NCBI GenBank assembly: GCA_963833985.1
Contig: CAWIAD010000002.1
Location: 2,240,001 to 2,304,000 of the forward strand
DNA: 64,000 nucleotides
Direction of reading: 5' to 3'
Origin: an uncultured Planctomycetaceae bacterium
Lineage (GTDB): Bacteria; Planctomycetota; Planctomycetia; Isosphaerales; Isosphaeraceae
In this document: positions 20,129-31,075 of the stretch, piece by piece
Position numbering within the stretch: position 1 is the stretch's first letter
Layout: every line of letters begins with the position of its first letter
Made by a program: the position numbers and the translations under genes
Notes under the pieces: model-generated
The model's input: the letters and a program-made list of their open reading frames with translations, nothing else
Databases searched by the model: none
Told to the model about the DNA's origin: nothing

Positions 20129-21712
20129 ATGCCGCAGCAAACGTACGCGGAGAAGTCGCGCGACCGCGCCGGGCTGGTGCGCCGGTTGCGCGAGCATTTC
20201 GGGTTCCGCAGGTTCCGGCCCGGTCAGGAACGGGTCGTTCAGTCTGCCCTGGATGGGCGTGACACGCTCGTGATCATGCCCACGGGCTCCGGCAAGAGTC
20301 TTTGTTTTCAACTTCCCGCGCTGGTCATCGGGGGCACGACTGTTGTGGTCAGTCCGCTCATCGCCCTGATGAGGGACCAGGCCGAGGCGCTGCTGGCCCG
20401 GGGAATTGACGTCGTGGCGATCAACAGCACGATGTCCGCGGCCGAGCGGCGGGACGCCGAAGAGTCGATTGCGGCCCGGCGCTCCACCTTCATTTACACC
20501 ACGCCCGAGCAGCTCGCCGATCCGGAGTTCCGCGCCCTCCTGCACCGGGTGGACGTCGACCTGTTCGTCGTCGACGAGGCGCACTCGGTCAGCCAGTGGG
20601 GCCATGACTTTCGCCCCGAATACCTGGCGCTCGGGGCCGTCATCGAGGACCTTGGCCATCCGACGGTGCTGGCCCTCACGGCCACGGCAACGCAGGAAGT
20701 GATCGACGACGTCCTCGTGCAACTTCACATTCCCGACGCCGACGTCGTGCACACGGGATTCTACCGTTCCAACCTGCATCTGGGCGTACTGATTGCGGGC
20801 GACGAGGACGTGCGCCGCCAGCAGCTCATCGAGCAGATCGGAACGCAGCAAGGCAGCGGGATCGTCTATGTGGCCACGGTCAAGGCGCTCGGGGAGCTGG
20901 AAGAATTGCTCAGGAGCTCCGGCTGCCGCCTGACCACCTACCACGGCCGGATGAAGGCAGCCGACCGCGAAGAGAATCAGGATCGGTTCATGAATGGCGA
21001 TGTGCCGCTCATGATCGCGACCAATGCGTTCGGGATGGGTATCGACAAGCCCGACATTCGCTTCGTCATCCACGCCCATCTCCCCGGCACGATGGAGGCG
21101 TACTCGCAGGAATTTGGCCGCGCCGGCCGCGATGGCGAGCCCGCGCGGTGCACGCTGCTGTTCCGGGCCGAGGACCAGAGGTTGCATCGCTTTTTCCAGG
21201 CCGGCAGGTATCCCTCGGCCGAGGACCTCACCAACGCGCACCACGCATTGAAACGCCTGGCCGATGAGCCGCCCTTGCTTGGCGAAATCGAGGCCATCGC
21301 ACCGCTGCCCAGAACGCGCCTGAAGGCTGCGCTCAACCTGCTGCGCTCCCGGGGCGTGATCAAGGAAGACCTCTCGGGCCGGTATTTCTTGATCGAGCCC
21401 GAACTGACCATCGACGACATGACGCGGCTGGCGCGCGGCTACGAGGAGCGCGACGAGCGCGACCAGCTCAAGCTCCGCCAGCTCGTGGATTACGCCGAGT
21501 CCCGGCAGTGCCGCTGGCGTGTGCTGCTGGACTACTTCGGGCAGAGCAATGAGCTCTCGTCGGCCTGCGGCCATTGCGACAACTGCGCGGCCGGCTGGAC
21601 GGCGGCGCCCGGCGACGAACCAGGCAAGGCCGGCGCGGGGCGATCGGCTCCCAACGGTCACAAGCTGGAAGCGGACACCGGCGTCCAGGGGGTGAACGGC
21701 CCCATCGCGTGA
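20129..21712 (+). CDS. recQ: RecQ-family DNA helicase (no HRDC)
   Basis: FGFRRFRPGQ, MPTGSGKS, VDEAH..QWGHDFRPEY, TATA, ATNAFGMGIDK, QEFGRAGRDG, Zn motif CR..CGHCDNC. Confidence 0.92.
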   Translation: MPQQTYAEKSRDRAGLVRRLREHFGFRRFRPGQERVVQSALDGRDTLVIMPTGSGKSLCFQLPALVIGGTTVVVSPLIALMRDQAEALLARGIDVVAINSTMSAAERRDAEESIAARRSTFIYTTPEQLADPEFRALLHRVDVDLFVVDEAHSVSQWGHDFRPEYLALGAVIEDLGHPTVLALTATATQEVIDDVLVQLHIPDADVVHTGFYRSNLHLGVLIAGDEDVRRQQLIEQIGTQQGSGIVYVATVKALGELEELLRSSGCRLTTYHGRMKAADREENQDRFMNGDVPLMIATNAFGMGIDKPDIRFVIHAHLPGTMEAYSQEFGRAGRDGEPARCTLLFRAEDQRLHRFFQAGRYPSAEDLTNAHHALKRLADEPPLLGEIEAIAPLPRTRLKAALNLLRSRGVIKEDLSGRYFLIEPELTIDDMTRLARGYEERDERDQLKLRQLVDYAESRQCRWRVLLDYFGQSNELSSACGHCDNCAAGWTAAPGDEPGKAGAGRSAPNGHKLEADTGVQGVNGPIA

Positions 21713-23897
21713 ACCTTGACCTTGCGCTTCCAGATGGTCTTTCCGCAGAAGGCAAAGAGCGTATTCATGCCGGGGCCGCCCAGGCAGACTCCGATGGGCC
21801 GGCTGCGCTCGGGAGGAGGCAAGATCACCTGCGTGGGCCCGTCGTCGGCACAGACCTGGATGCCGGAGCGTGTCGCCGCCAGTAGCTGGCCTTCCCGGGC
21901 ATAACAGACCGATGCCACGCCAGCGTCGTCGTCGCCGTCGGCGACGTGGAGCCAGAAGAACCGCTCCTTGTTGTGGAGCGTCCCATCCGCGGCCATCTGG
22001 TAGCTGTACACCCACCGGGAACGCTCATCGGCCACGGATAGCAGCCACTGGTCGGGTCGATAGGCCAGCCCGGCGGCGCGCTTCAAACCGGCGTCGACCA
22101 GGGTCCTCCCGCCGGCTTTCAGGAACCACACCTCACCGGTACTGTCCATTGCGAACCTGTTCGTGGTGACGTAAAGACCGCCGCCGGGCGCGGCCAGGAG
22201 GTGCTCTCCGCTGAGGCCGTCGGCCACCAGGCTTGCCGCGCGGACGCGTCGTATTTCATGACTTTTCCGGTCTGGCTGGAAACGGTGAAGAGCTCACCTG
22301 CCGGGCCAACCGTAAGACCGCTGGCATGACTGGAGTCGGCAATGAACTCGCGGATCGAGCCGTCCAGCCCGATGCGAAAAACCTTGCTGTCGACTTCCTC
22401 GACAAAGAAGACTTCGCCGCGTTCGTTGCAGGCCGGTCCGGTTGCCCCGTGCCGGTTGGCGCGGCCACGCGCCAGGGCTCGCCCGGAAGGATGATGTCAC
22501 GGACCCGCGGGGCACTCGACCCTGCGCTCACCGGCCTCGGCCAGCCTTTCCAGAGAAAGCTCATCGCCTCGCGGTAGAGGTTGTGGTAGCCCGCGCCGTG
22601 GCCTCCGTTCAGGACCCGGAACCGATAATCGTAACCCGAGAATTTCAGCGCCTTGTCCATCTCCTGATCAAGCAGGAACCAGTCCCCGGCGAAGTTTTCC
22701 ATGTCGCGCGTGCCGGTGGTGAGGAACGCGCGGAGGGGCCTTGCCTCGAACTTGCGGACCAGCGTGGGGAATTCATTTCCGCCCCGGAAGGCCACGAAAC
22801 TACCGCTGCAAGCATAAACGCGACTGAACGCATCGGGACGTTCCCAGGCCGCGTTGAAGGCGGCAATCCCGCCACTGCTGCCGCCGGCGATGCAGCGGTC
22901 GTTGCCGCTTGTCGAGAGTTTGAGCCGGAGCGTGTCGGCGACAAAGGGCAGGAGCTCATCGACCAGGAACCGGACGTTGTTGTCGCCCATGCCGTCGTAC
23001 TCGAAGCAGCGGTTGCGGCGGGCGCTGGTCCCCCGGACGGGAGCCTTGAGTTCTCCCGGCGGCACGAACACCGCGATGGTCACGGGCATTTCGCCAGTGG
23101 CGATGAGAGTCTCCAGCAGGGGTTTTTCCGCCGGATCGTATCCGTCGGTCCTGACGTAGACGCAGGCCGGCTGAGCGCCGTCGTACTGGGCCGGGATGAA
23201 GACGGTCACCTCTCGCCGGGTGCCCGGAAAGATCGTGCTGCCGGAGAAGGTGCACCGCTTGAGCTGGCCCTGGCGAATGGCTTCCGGGTGGATGCCTGGT
23301 GCCATGTAGTTTCCACCCGGCGATGCGCCCTCACCCGTGCTGAACGGCCCCGGCGAGCCGGCCAGCGGCTTGATGATCCACTCGAGGTGGGGATCGCCGT
23401 TCTGGTTCCCCCAGAGATCGATGACCGCCCCGGGTTCGGGCCGGCCGCCCAGGTGATCGAGGCCCTTCTCCGGGGCATGTCCGGCAAGCAAGCAGTAGGA
23501 CCCGTTCTCGTTCTTCCGGAGCGTCCACGCCTGCCATGGCCGCGATGAGTCGGCTTCCAGCACGATGGGTGTGCCCATCGTGGTGCCGCCCCGCGCCGCG
23601 GCCAGTACGAGCTTGCCGCCGGAAAATGGCCTGACGGAACAGGAGCCGTCGCCCCTGGGCGTGATGATCCATTTTTGCCTGTCTGATCCATCCGGCTTGC
23701 CGATCGAGACCGGCGTTCCGGCGCTCGCCTCGGGAGCCCTGGCTTCGAGTACGAGCCAGGGGGCGCTCGCGGGGATCAGCGCATACGCGCCCCAGTCCTC
23801 AGCGTACGAGGCATGTGCGCTCACCAGTAAGAATGCGACGGCGAGCAGGGCGGCGCCCCGCCCCGCCCCGGATCGTCAGGATTGATTTGATGTTCAT
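21658..23897 (-). CDS. Secreted ricin-B lectin + Fes-like esterase + SMP-30/gluconolactonase fusion (frameshifts near 23865, 22440, 22235)
   Basis: Signal peptide; QKW/QAW/LEW repeats; IFPGTRREVTVFIPAQY, GGSSGG nucleophile; beta-propeller C-terminus (GIQVCADDG, VCLGG). Confidence 0.75.
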
Positions 23898-24648
23898 CAG
23901 GCCATTTCAGCGGCGCGGTCCGGAAGGAATCAGCGGCCTGGACCGCGCGTGGCAAGCCGGCCGTCCGCAAGTGCATGGACTTGCTCGGTGGGGACTGCGA
24001 GGGCATGGAGGCGGGGGTCACGAGGGGCGTGGCGGGGGGCCGGCGCTGGTTCCTGGGGATGTCGCCGCGCAGGAATGCATTGAGCTCGTCGCGGTTGTCG
24101 AGGTCCAGTTCGAACGGAATCCACTTGCCTGTTGATTCGTCGAGCACGGCGGCCCGGGTCTTGCCCTGGAGGTTCATCCGCGGGTCGCACCAGACGAGTC
24201 GGTCTGCCTCGTTGGTGAACCCGTGGCCGTCCCACTGGCCGATCCCCCCGACGGCGTCATGCAGCGCGGTGCGAACCGCGTAAACCGCGTCCAGCGCGTC
24301 GGGATGAGCCAGGATGGCATCGGGATAAATCCGGATCGCGTAGATGGCCCGGGTCGTCTCGAGGTAGTCGCTCAGCCAGCGCACGGCCGATGGCGGGCCC
24401 CCGGAATCCAGGCTATCAATGAATTCTGCAACTTCCTCGGCACCTAAAGTGTTCGGGCCGACTGGGTTGCGTTCAACGGTGGCCCAGAGGTTATGTTGCT
24501 CGTTGGGTTCCGGGCCAATGGCAAGGTAGTTCCCGAGCATCCCGGGGTGATCGACCGACCAGACAGCGCCGAAAGGAACGGCACGCTGGAGCGCAGCCAG
24601 CGGAACATCCCGGTCATTGACGGTCAACAGGCGGAGATAATCACCCAT
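23821..24648 (-). CDS. Hypothetical protein (3' extension overlapping the next gene is doubtful)
   Basis: GGAG RBS, globular ~195 aa core with high-GC codon usage, then a Pro-rich tail. Confidence 0.65.
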   Translation of the reverse strand: MGDYLRLLTVNDRDVPLAALQRAVPFGAVWSVDHPGMLGNYLAIGPEPNEQHNLWATVERNPVGPNTLGAEEVAEFIDSLDSGGPPSAVRWLSDYLETTRAIYAIRIYPDAILAHPDALDAVYAVRTALHDAVGGIGQWDGHGFTNEADRLVWCDPRMNLQGKTRAAVLDESTGKWIPFELDLDNRDELNAFLRGDIPRNQRRPPATPLVTPASMPSQSPPSKSMHLRTAGLPRAVQAADSFRTAPLKWPDEHQINPDDPGRGGAPPCSPSHSYW

Positions 24649-24928
24649 CGGCCGGCTCCGTCACAAGGTTTCCAAGGACGCGACCGTCCCTCGCATCGGA
24701 AGCATGTTGCGGGAGTGGTTCGGCGGATCTTCTGCCGCCCCGGTTCACGGTCGAGCCATGCGTTCGAAACCCCGTCTGGAGATAGGTTAGCATCGCTCCA
24801 CCGATCACGCAAGGGATGAGGAACACGGGAACATCATGGTCCGCGTCGCACGTCGGGCCCGATCGGCATGGTGTGCCGGCCTGTGCTGGATTTCCTTTGC
24901 CCGCTTCCCATCACGGCCGGGCGCCGGC

Positions 24929-25768
24929 ATGATGAATTCTCTGCACAAGACGACGGTCGAGACTTCCTTGTATGCCTTGCTTCCGAACGCACACGTGAGC
25001 CTCCTCTGCTTTCAGTTACCCTATGAACTCCGCGGCGGGCCAGCCAACATGGCGCTCGACGAGGCCCTCCTCGACCATGCCGCCGGGTCTCCCGGCGCAG
25101 CGCTCCTGCGGACATATGGATGGATCGAGCCGACACTGAGCCTGGGTTACTTCCAGGCGCTGGAAGAGGCGATTGCCCAGCCGCGGTGGCGCGATGTTCC
25201 CGTGGTTCGCCGCCCCACGGGAGGCGGGGCGATCTGGCATGATCGCGAGCTGACCTACGCCCTGGTCCTGCCCGCGGACCATCCTCATGCCAGGCCCAGC
25301 CGGGTGCTCTATCAGTGTGTGCACCTGGCCATTGCGACCGTCTTGCGGGGGCACGGCGTGGACGCCCGGCGCCGGGCCGACACGCAGGTGGATCTGGTCC
25401 AGCCGCGACATCGAAGCACGGGTTCTACCCGGCCGCTTCTCTGCTTCACGGACGGCGATCCGGAGGACCTCATTGTGGACGGCCGCAAGGTCGTTGGCAG
25501 CGCGCAGCGGCGCCGCCAGCAGGCCATCTTGCAACATGGGTCGCTGCTGCTGGAGCAATCCGGACGAACTCCCGAATTGCCGGGGATCGCAGACCTGGCC
25601 GGTGTTTCGCCCGATCCGCGGTTCTGGAACGGGCTGATCCAGGAGGCGATCCTGCGGGCACTCGGCCTGGACGGGGTCATGGAAGAAGTGCCGGGCGTCA
25701 TCCGCCGCAGGGCCAGCGAACTGGAGCATCGGGTCTACGAAACGGCGGAGTGGACCGCACGGCGCTGA
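24929..25768 (+). CDS. Lipoate-protein ligase A / octanoyltransferase LipM family (start uncertain)
   Basis: NMALDEALL, PTLSLGYFQ, VRRPTGGGAIWHDRELTY, KVVGSAQRR, LQHGS. Confidence 0.88.
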   Translation: MMNSLHKTTVETSLYALLPNAHVSLLCFQLPYELRGGPANMALDEALLDHAAGSPGAALLRTYGWIEPTLSLGYFQALEEAIAQPRWRDVPVVRRPTGGGAIWHDRELTYALVLPADHPHARPSRVLYQCVHLAIATVLRGHGVDARRRADTQVDLVQPRHRSTGSTRPLLCFTDGDPEDLIVDGRKVVGSAQRRRQQAILQHGSLLLEQSGRTPELPGIADLAGVSPDPRFWNGLIQEAILRALGLDGVMEEVPGVIRRRASELEHRVYETAEWTARR

Positions 25769-26248
25769 TCTGCCTTGGGTGCGTGCACGTGCTCAGTACT
25801 GTTCAGTACAATCGGCCTCCCAGCCGCTCTGTTCCGAAAATCCAACGCGCGCAACTCTCCCAGGGATCTTGGAACGCCGAAACATTCAGTTACAATGGAA
25901 CCGACGCCTGGGCGGAAACTCTGTCCAGAGCACTTCGTTTGGGTGAGGCGGACGATACACCTCCAGTGGTCGGTACGGAACGGCCCGTGAAGAAACGCGG
26001 AGCGCCTGGTCATCTCGCATGCAGGCGGGGTGATGGAAACGGCATGGGAACCGGAAAGAATGGATGGTACAGGCAGACCCGCGTCGAACTGTTCCGGGAC
26101 CTTGGTGGTGGTCCCCGCGCCGGGGCTATGAGACGTTGGGGCACGTCCGGGTCTCGTCGTGCGGGCTGCTGTTCGGTGAGTGGATACCGTGTTGCGAATT
26201 GACGCTGGCCATCATCGTTGTTGACCGCACAAGGTCGGGACGGTTTTC

Positions 26249-27109
26249 ATGAAAGTCCAGTTGATTGTCGTCCGAGGGAAGCCCGAGGGGAAGGTGATCC
26301 CCCTGGCTGGCCCCAAGTTCAAGATCGGCCGCGGTGAAACGTGCCACCTCCGGCCGAACAGCGAGCAGGTCAGCCGGGAGCATGCGGAATTCACCGTGGA
26401 AGGCAGCGCCTTGATCGTGCGCGATCTGGGTAGCCGCAACGGCACCCTGGTCAATGGCAAGGCGCTCACCACGGACGCGTGCGCTCTCAAGGACCGCGAC
26501 CTTGTCCAGGTGGGTCCGCTGACGTTCGCCGTCTCCATTCAGGATGCTCCCCAAACCGCCGCCAAGCCCGCCACCGCACCCGCGGGCCCGGCGGCCGCGC
26601 CGGCACTAGCACAGCCCAAGGCCAAGGCATCGCCGGATGACGTCCCCGCCGAGGACATCGACTCCTGGCTCTTCGGCGACAACTCCAGCGCATCCGCCGA
26701 CCAACCGACCGCCGTGTACGGCGGCGACACGATCACCATCACCGCCTTCAAGGATTCCCAGTCGCCCCGGCCCCAGCCGGCCAAACCTCCCTCGGTGGCC
26801 GATGACACCGAGTATGAGCGCCAGCCCGAGCAAGAGGAGATGGAAGCTGAGGAGGAACTGGACGACGAAGCCGGCAACGACGAGCAGAACGACGAGGAGG
26901 CCGAGGACGAGGCGGAGGAGGAGCCTCAGATCGAAGAAGAACTGATGGATCCGAATAACCCGTTCTATGTCGCCAAGAAAGCCCAGAAAGATCAGGGCAA
27001 GGCCGGGACTGGCGGCGGATCGCACAAGCAGGAATTCAAGGACAGCAGCGATGCGGCCAACGACATCCTCCGCAAGCTGATGGAGCGCCGGCGGGCGTCC
27101 AAGTCGTAA
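26249..27109 (+). CDS. FHA domain protein with acidic disordered tail
   Basis: IGRG..VSREHA..DLGSRNGTLVNG FHA motifs; E/D-rich C-terminus ending DSSDAANDILRKL. Confidence 0.9.
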   Translation: MKVQLIVVRGKPEGKVIPLAGPKFKIGRGETCHLRPNSEQVSREHAEFTVEGSALIVRDLGSRNGTLVNGKALTTDACALKDRDLVQVGPLTFAVSIQDAPQTAAKPATAPAGPAAAPALAQPKAKASPDDVPAEDIDSWLFGDNSSASADQPTAVYGGDTITITAFKDSQSPRPQPAKPPSVADDTEYERQPEQEEMEAEEELDDEAGNDEQNDEEAEDEAEEEPQIEEELMDPNNPFYVAKKAQKDQGKAGTGGGSHKQEFKDSSDAANDILRKLMERRRASKS

Positions 27110-27152
27110 TGGCCATGGGACAGACACAGGGCCGCGAGGGATCCGCTCTTTC

Positions 27153-28166
27153 ATGACCACCGACGATCCCTCGCTGGCTCACTCGCCCATCGAGTCCGCC
27201 CAGGCAGGACTGAACGGTCTGATCGAGCGGCTCGAACATCTGGTCGTAGGCCAGCGAACCCTGCTCGACCGCCTTCTCATCGCGCTTCTGGCCGGGGGCC
27301 ACGTCCTCATCGAAGGCGTTCCAGGCCTGGCCAAGACCCGCGCCGTGCGGGCCCTGGCCCAGGCGCTCGACCTGCCATTCCGGCGCATTCAGTTCACTCC
27401 CGACCTGCTACCCGCCGACCTGACCGGCACCCAGATCTACCGCCCGGCCACCGGTGCGTTCGACGTGCGTCCCGGCCCCATCGTCACCAGCGTGCTCCTG
27501 GCCGACGAGATCAACCGGGCCCCCGCGAAGGTTCAAAGCGCACTCCTGGAGGCCATGCAGGAAGGGCAAATCACAGTGGGCGACGAGACGCTCGTCCTGC
27601 CCGAGACCTTCTGGGTCCTGGCCACCCAGAACCCCATCGAGCACGAAGGCACGTATCCCTTGCCCGAGGCCCAGCTCGACCGGTTCCTGATGAAGCTCGT
27701 CGTCGGCTATCCCGACCGGGACTCGGAGCTGGCCATGCTCGAGATTCCCAGCGTGGCGGAAAACTGCCGCCAAAGCGAATCCTGGACCGGAGATGAGCCC
27801 CCCCTCTTCACACCGGCGGACGTCATGGCCTTCCGCAAGCTGACCGCTTCCATCCGGGTGGCACCGGCGATCAAGGCCTACGTCGTGGACCTCGTCCGCG
27901 CGACGCGTGACCCGACCGCCTACGGTCTGGGGCTGGCTCCCCTGCTCGAGCTCGGCGCCAGTCCTCGCGCCACCATCGCACTGATACGCGCTGCACGCGG
28001 CCACGCGCTGCTGGCCGGCCGCGACTATGTCACTCCGCACGACGTCAAGTCCCTCGCCCGCGACATCATGCGGCATCGCATCCTGATCAGCTACGAGGCC
28101 GACGCCGAGGGGCTCTCCGCGGACGATATCCTGGGCCGCATCCTCGACCACATCCCCGTGCCTTGA
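27153..28166 (+). CDS. moxR: MoxR-family AAA+ ATPase
   Basis: EGVPGLAKT, RIQFTPDLLPAD, DEINRAPAKVQSALLEAM, ATQNPIEHEGTYPLPEAQLDRF. Confidence 0.92.
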   Translation: MTTDDPSLAHSPIESAQAGLNGLIERLEHLVVGQRTLLDRLLIALLAGGHVLIEGVPGLAKTRAVRALAQALDLPFRRIQFTPDLLPADLTGTQIYRPATGAFDVRPGPIVTSVLLADEINRAPAKVQSALLEAMQEGQITVGDETLVLPETFWVLATQNPIEHEGTYPLPEAQLDRFLMKLVVGYPDRDSELAMLEIPSVAENCRQSESWTGDEPPLFTPADVMAFRKLTASIRVAPAIKAYVVDLVRATRDPTAYGLGLAPLLELGASPRATIALIRAARGHALLAGRDYVTPHDVKSLARDIMRHRILISYEADAEGLSADDILGRILDHIPVP

Positions 28167-28210
28167 GACCGAGCCTGACGGGTCGTATCGCGGGACCCGG
28201 AGCTCGAGGT

Positions 28211-29071
28211 TCAGGAATTTTCTTGCGGGCTCAGGGGCTCGCCCTGGCCGGGCGTGTCCGCGTACAAACCCTGGGGCTGACGCGAAAGCCAGAACCAGTA
28301 GAGAAACCCGCACGCCAGCAGCGCCAGGCTCACGTTCTGCGAGATGGTCATCCCGGCGTAGAAGACTCCCTCATCGTTGCGGAGGTACTCGATGAGGAAC
28401 CGCGTGACCGGGTAGGTGACCATCAACAGCCCCATCACCTCGCCGTCGCGCCTGCGGAGTGGGTAGAACGCCTGGAGCAGCACCAGGATCACCAGGGAGT
28501 CGAGCGCGGAATAAATCTGGGTCGGATGCAGGGGAAGAGACCCGGCGGCAGCCTTCTCGATCAAACCGCGGCTGACCTCGTAATCCCAGGGAGGGCTCGC
28601 CACGGGGAATGACACCGACCAGGGAAGGTCGCAGACGTCACCGTAGCAGCAGCCGTTCAAGAAGCAGCCAAGCCGGCCGAAGAACGTCCCGACCATGATC
28701 GCCGGCGCTTGCGCATCGAGATAAGGGCGAAGCGGAAACGGTCGGAATCTGCGGTAAACAAAAAAGGCGATTGTGCCCCCCAGGATTCCGCCATAGTAAA
28801 CAATGCCGCCCTTCCAGTACTGGACGACATCGAGCACGCTGTGGATACCGTGTCCCCAGTACTGGATGCAATAGAAGAGCCGGGCGCCAACGAGGCCGCA
28901 GAAGAAGACCCAGAACGCCATATCGAGGATCACTTCGGGGTTCAGCCGTTCACGGCGAGCGCGCCAGGTTGCCAGCCAGGTGGAGCCCACGAACGCGAGC
29001 ACGAGCATGGCACCATAACCGAAGACCTTGACGCCACCGAAGATCGGAATGGTGAAGAGGACTTGCCGCAT
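28211..29071 (-). CDS. lgt: Prolipoprotein diacylglyceryl transferase
   Basis: GARLFY, GGIVYYGG, GRLGCFLNGCCYG, HPTQIY, RFLIEYLR. Confidence 0.9.
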   Translation of the reverse strand: MRQVLFTIPIFGGVKVFGYGAMLVLAFVGSTWLATWRARRERLNPEVILDMAFWVFFCGLVGARLFYCIQYWGHGIHSVLDVVQYWKGGIVYYGGILGGTIAFFVYRRFRPFPLRPYLDAQAPAIMVGTFFGRLGCFLNGCCYGDVCDLPWSVSFPVASPPWDYEVSRGLIEKAAAGSLPLHPTQIYSALDSLVILVLLQAFYPLRRRDGEVMGLLMVTYPVTRFLIEYLRNDEGVFYAGMTISQNVSLALLACGFLYWFWLSRQPQGLYADTPGQGEPLSPQENS

Positions 29072-29141
29072 GCAGGATGGGCCTCCGATTGAGGAAGGTC
29101 GATTCGCGGCTCGATTCCAGGGCGTTCCCGGCCCGGCCGAG

Positions 29142-29558
29142 TCAGCGCGATTCGAGCACGGAGAAGAACCCTGGCTCGCACGCCTGGGCGATGGGCGGGT
29201 AGTCGATCTGCTGCACGATGTGGTTGTGCTGATCGAGTGCCACGACCCGGGGGTGATGGCTTTCCACTTCCATTGGCTCCAGCTCGGCGAAGGCCATGAC
29301 GATGACGCGGTCACCCACGGCGCCAAGCCGCGCCATGGCGCCGTTGAGCTCGATCGAGCCGGAGCCGCGCCGCCCCGGCAGCACATACGTCTGTGCACGC
29401 AGGCCCGTGGCCACGTTGCTGACCAGGATCGCTTCGTAGGCGACCAGCCCCACGGCATCCATGAGGTTCGGGTCGATGGTCAAGCTGCCGTGATAATTGA
29501 GGTCGCTCCGGGTCACCGTGGCAAGATGGAGCTTGCTTTTGAGCAAAGTGATCCGCAT
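29142..29558 (-). CDS. panD: Aspartate 1-decarboxylase
   Basis: KSKLHLATVT, YHGSLTID self-cleavage G-S, TY, NGAMARL. Confidence 0.93.
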   Translation of the reverse strand: MRITLLKSKLHLATVTRSDLNYHGSLTIDPNLMDAVGLVAYEAILVSNVATGLRAQTYVLPGRRGSGSIELNGAMARLGAVGDRVIVMAFAELEPMEVESHHPRVVALDQHNHIVQQIDYPPIAQACEPGFFSVLESR

Positions 29559-29571
29559 GTGCGTGACCGTT

Positions 29572-30429
29572 TCACTCCAGGAGGAGCAGATTGTCGATCA
29601 GCCGGGTTGAACCGACCCGCGCCGCCACCAGTGCCACGACCCGGCACGCTGGCTCGATGAGGTCGAGGGGCTCGAGCGAATCGGCATCGGCGACCTCGAC
29701 GTAGTCCACCTCGACCGACCCGCACAATAATATCGTTTCGTCAAGGACTTGTCGAACCCGATTGGCCCTGCGTTCACCCTGGAGAACCAGCTCGCGGCCG
29801 CGGCAGAGGGCCCGGTAGAGCACGCCGGCCGACTGCCGCTGGGCCGGGGTGAGGTAGCGGTTCCGGCTGCTCATGGCCAGACCGTCGGCTTCGCGCACCG
29901 TGGGCGCCGTGATGATCTCCACGGGCACATGCAGGTCGCCGACCATCCTACGGATGAGCAATTGCTGCTGGAAATCTTTCTGGCCAAAGATGGCAATGTC
30001 GGGACGGACGATCTCGAAGAGTGCCAGCACCACGGTGGCCACGCCCCGGAAGTGAACCGGCCGGCTGGCTCCCTCGAGCACATGGGAAAGTCCGGGCACC
30101 TCCACGAAGGTGGCCGCGCGGCCGCGCGGATAGACCGTGGTCTCCGCTGGCACGAACACGAGGTCCGCGCCGGCGGCCTGGCACTTTTGCAGATCCTCGG
30201 CGAGCGTTCGGGGATAGCGCGCCAGGTCCTCGCTGGGACCGAACTGCGTGGGATTGACGAAGATGGACACGACCACCAGTCCGGCCTCGGCGCGGCACCG
30301 CTCGATGAGGCGGACATGCCCGTCGTGGAGGGCCCCCATTGTCGGAACCAGGCCGATCCGCTGGCCCCCCTGACGAGCCTCCGCCACGGCACCTCGAACG
30401 GCATCGATCGAACTGATCGGTCCTAGCAC
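29572..30429 (-). CDS. panC: Pantoate-beta-alanine ligase
   Basis: VPTMGALHDGH, SIFVNPTQF, HFRGVATVV, FGQKDFQQ, GLAMSSRN, RLIDN; GTG start after GGAGG. Confidence 0.94.
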   Translation of the reverse strand: MLGPISSIDAVRGAVAEARQGGQRIGLVPTMGALHDGHVRLIERCRAEAGLVVVSIFVNPTQFGPSEDLARYPRTLAEDLQKCQAAGADLVFVPAETTVYPRGRAATFVEVPGLSHVLEGASRPVHFRGVATVVLALFEIVRPDIAIFGQKDFQQQLLIRRMVGDLHVPVEIITAPTVREADGLAMSSRNRYLTPAQRQSAGVLYRALCRGRELVLQGERRANRVRQVLDETILLCGSVEVDYVEVADADSLEPLDLIEPACRVVALVAARVGSTRLIDNLLLLE

Positions 30430-30604
30430 CCGTTCCCCCTCCGTGAGTGATTTCCGTGGCGCACGCAACATAACAGACTTTCGCGATCCTCGAAACGCAT
30501 GTTGCTTGAGCACCGAAATAGCTGCCTCATCGCGCTGTCCTTCTCATCCGTCCTGTATTCCGCATGTCCTGGCTTACCCGTCAAGTTCCGCGTCCCAGAC
30601 GCCG

Positions 30605-30859
30605 TCACCAGTTTTCAGCCGGAACAGGGTGAACAAATTGCGGCGCTGGCCAGACTCCGTATTCCTTCAACGATCCCAGACGAGTACGGGCGCTCATGTC
30701 ATCACTGCGCCTCTCATCTCTCCGCGAGTACGATAGCAGGGTCCCACACTGCGGACACGGAGCATCACCGCTCACATGAGACGGCTCAATAATTGAACTG
30801 AAGCCACAGACAGGGCAGCGATTGGGAAGATCCTCTGGAGTCCTTGAGGAGATGACCAT
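30605..30859 (-). pseudogene. Small Zn-ribbon protein, probably degraded
   Basis: MVISSRTPEDLPNRCPVCG...DAPCPQCGTLL (two CxxC); C-terminus not recognisable. Confidence 0.55.
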
Positions 30860-31075
30860 TGGCGTCTCGACTGGAGGTAATGGCCTGGAAACTTCTGCGG
30901 CACGCCGCGGTTTCTTTCGACTTCTTGACTTCAAGCCATGGCCGTAGGTCGTGAAGCCGTCCTCCAGCGCCGTGCGCGGCCCGGCGCGACTGGTATGGCT
31001 CCGTTGCGGCGACTCCTGATACTTCACCCACCGGAACACCGGCTCGATCTCGTTGAGTCGCGTTTCCAGTGCGGC

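Noticed and set aside
24700..24790. GTTCGAAACCC T-loop-like motif suggesting a tRNA
   Set aside because: Could not fold a cloverleaf with acceptor and anticodon stems
25769..26248. 480-bp intergenic region as an ncRNA or riboswitch
   Set aside because: No recognisable family motif or convincing structure by eye; needs an Infernal/Rfam search
28211..29458. 415-aa extended Lgt overlapping panD
   Set aside because: The extension is an alternate frame of panD; Lgt similarity starts at ATG 29071
30860..31075. Possible additional gene fragment in the islet (LETRLNEIEPVFRWVKYQ)
   Set aside because: No family recognised and no start or RBS; cannot support a call
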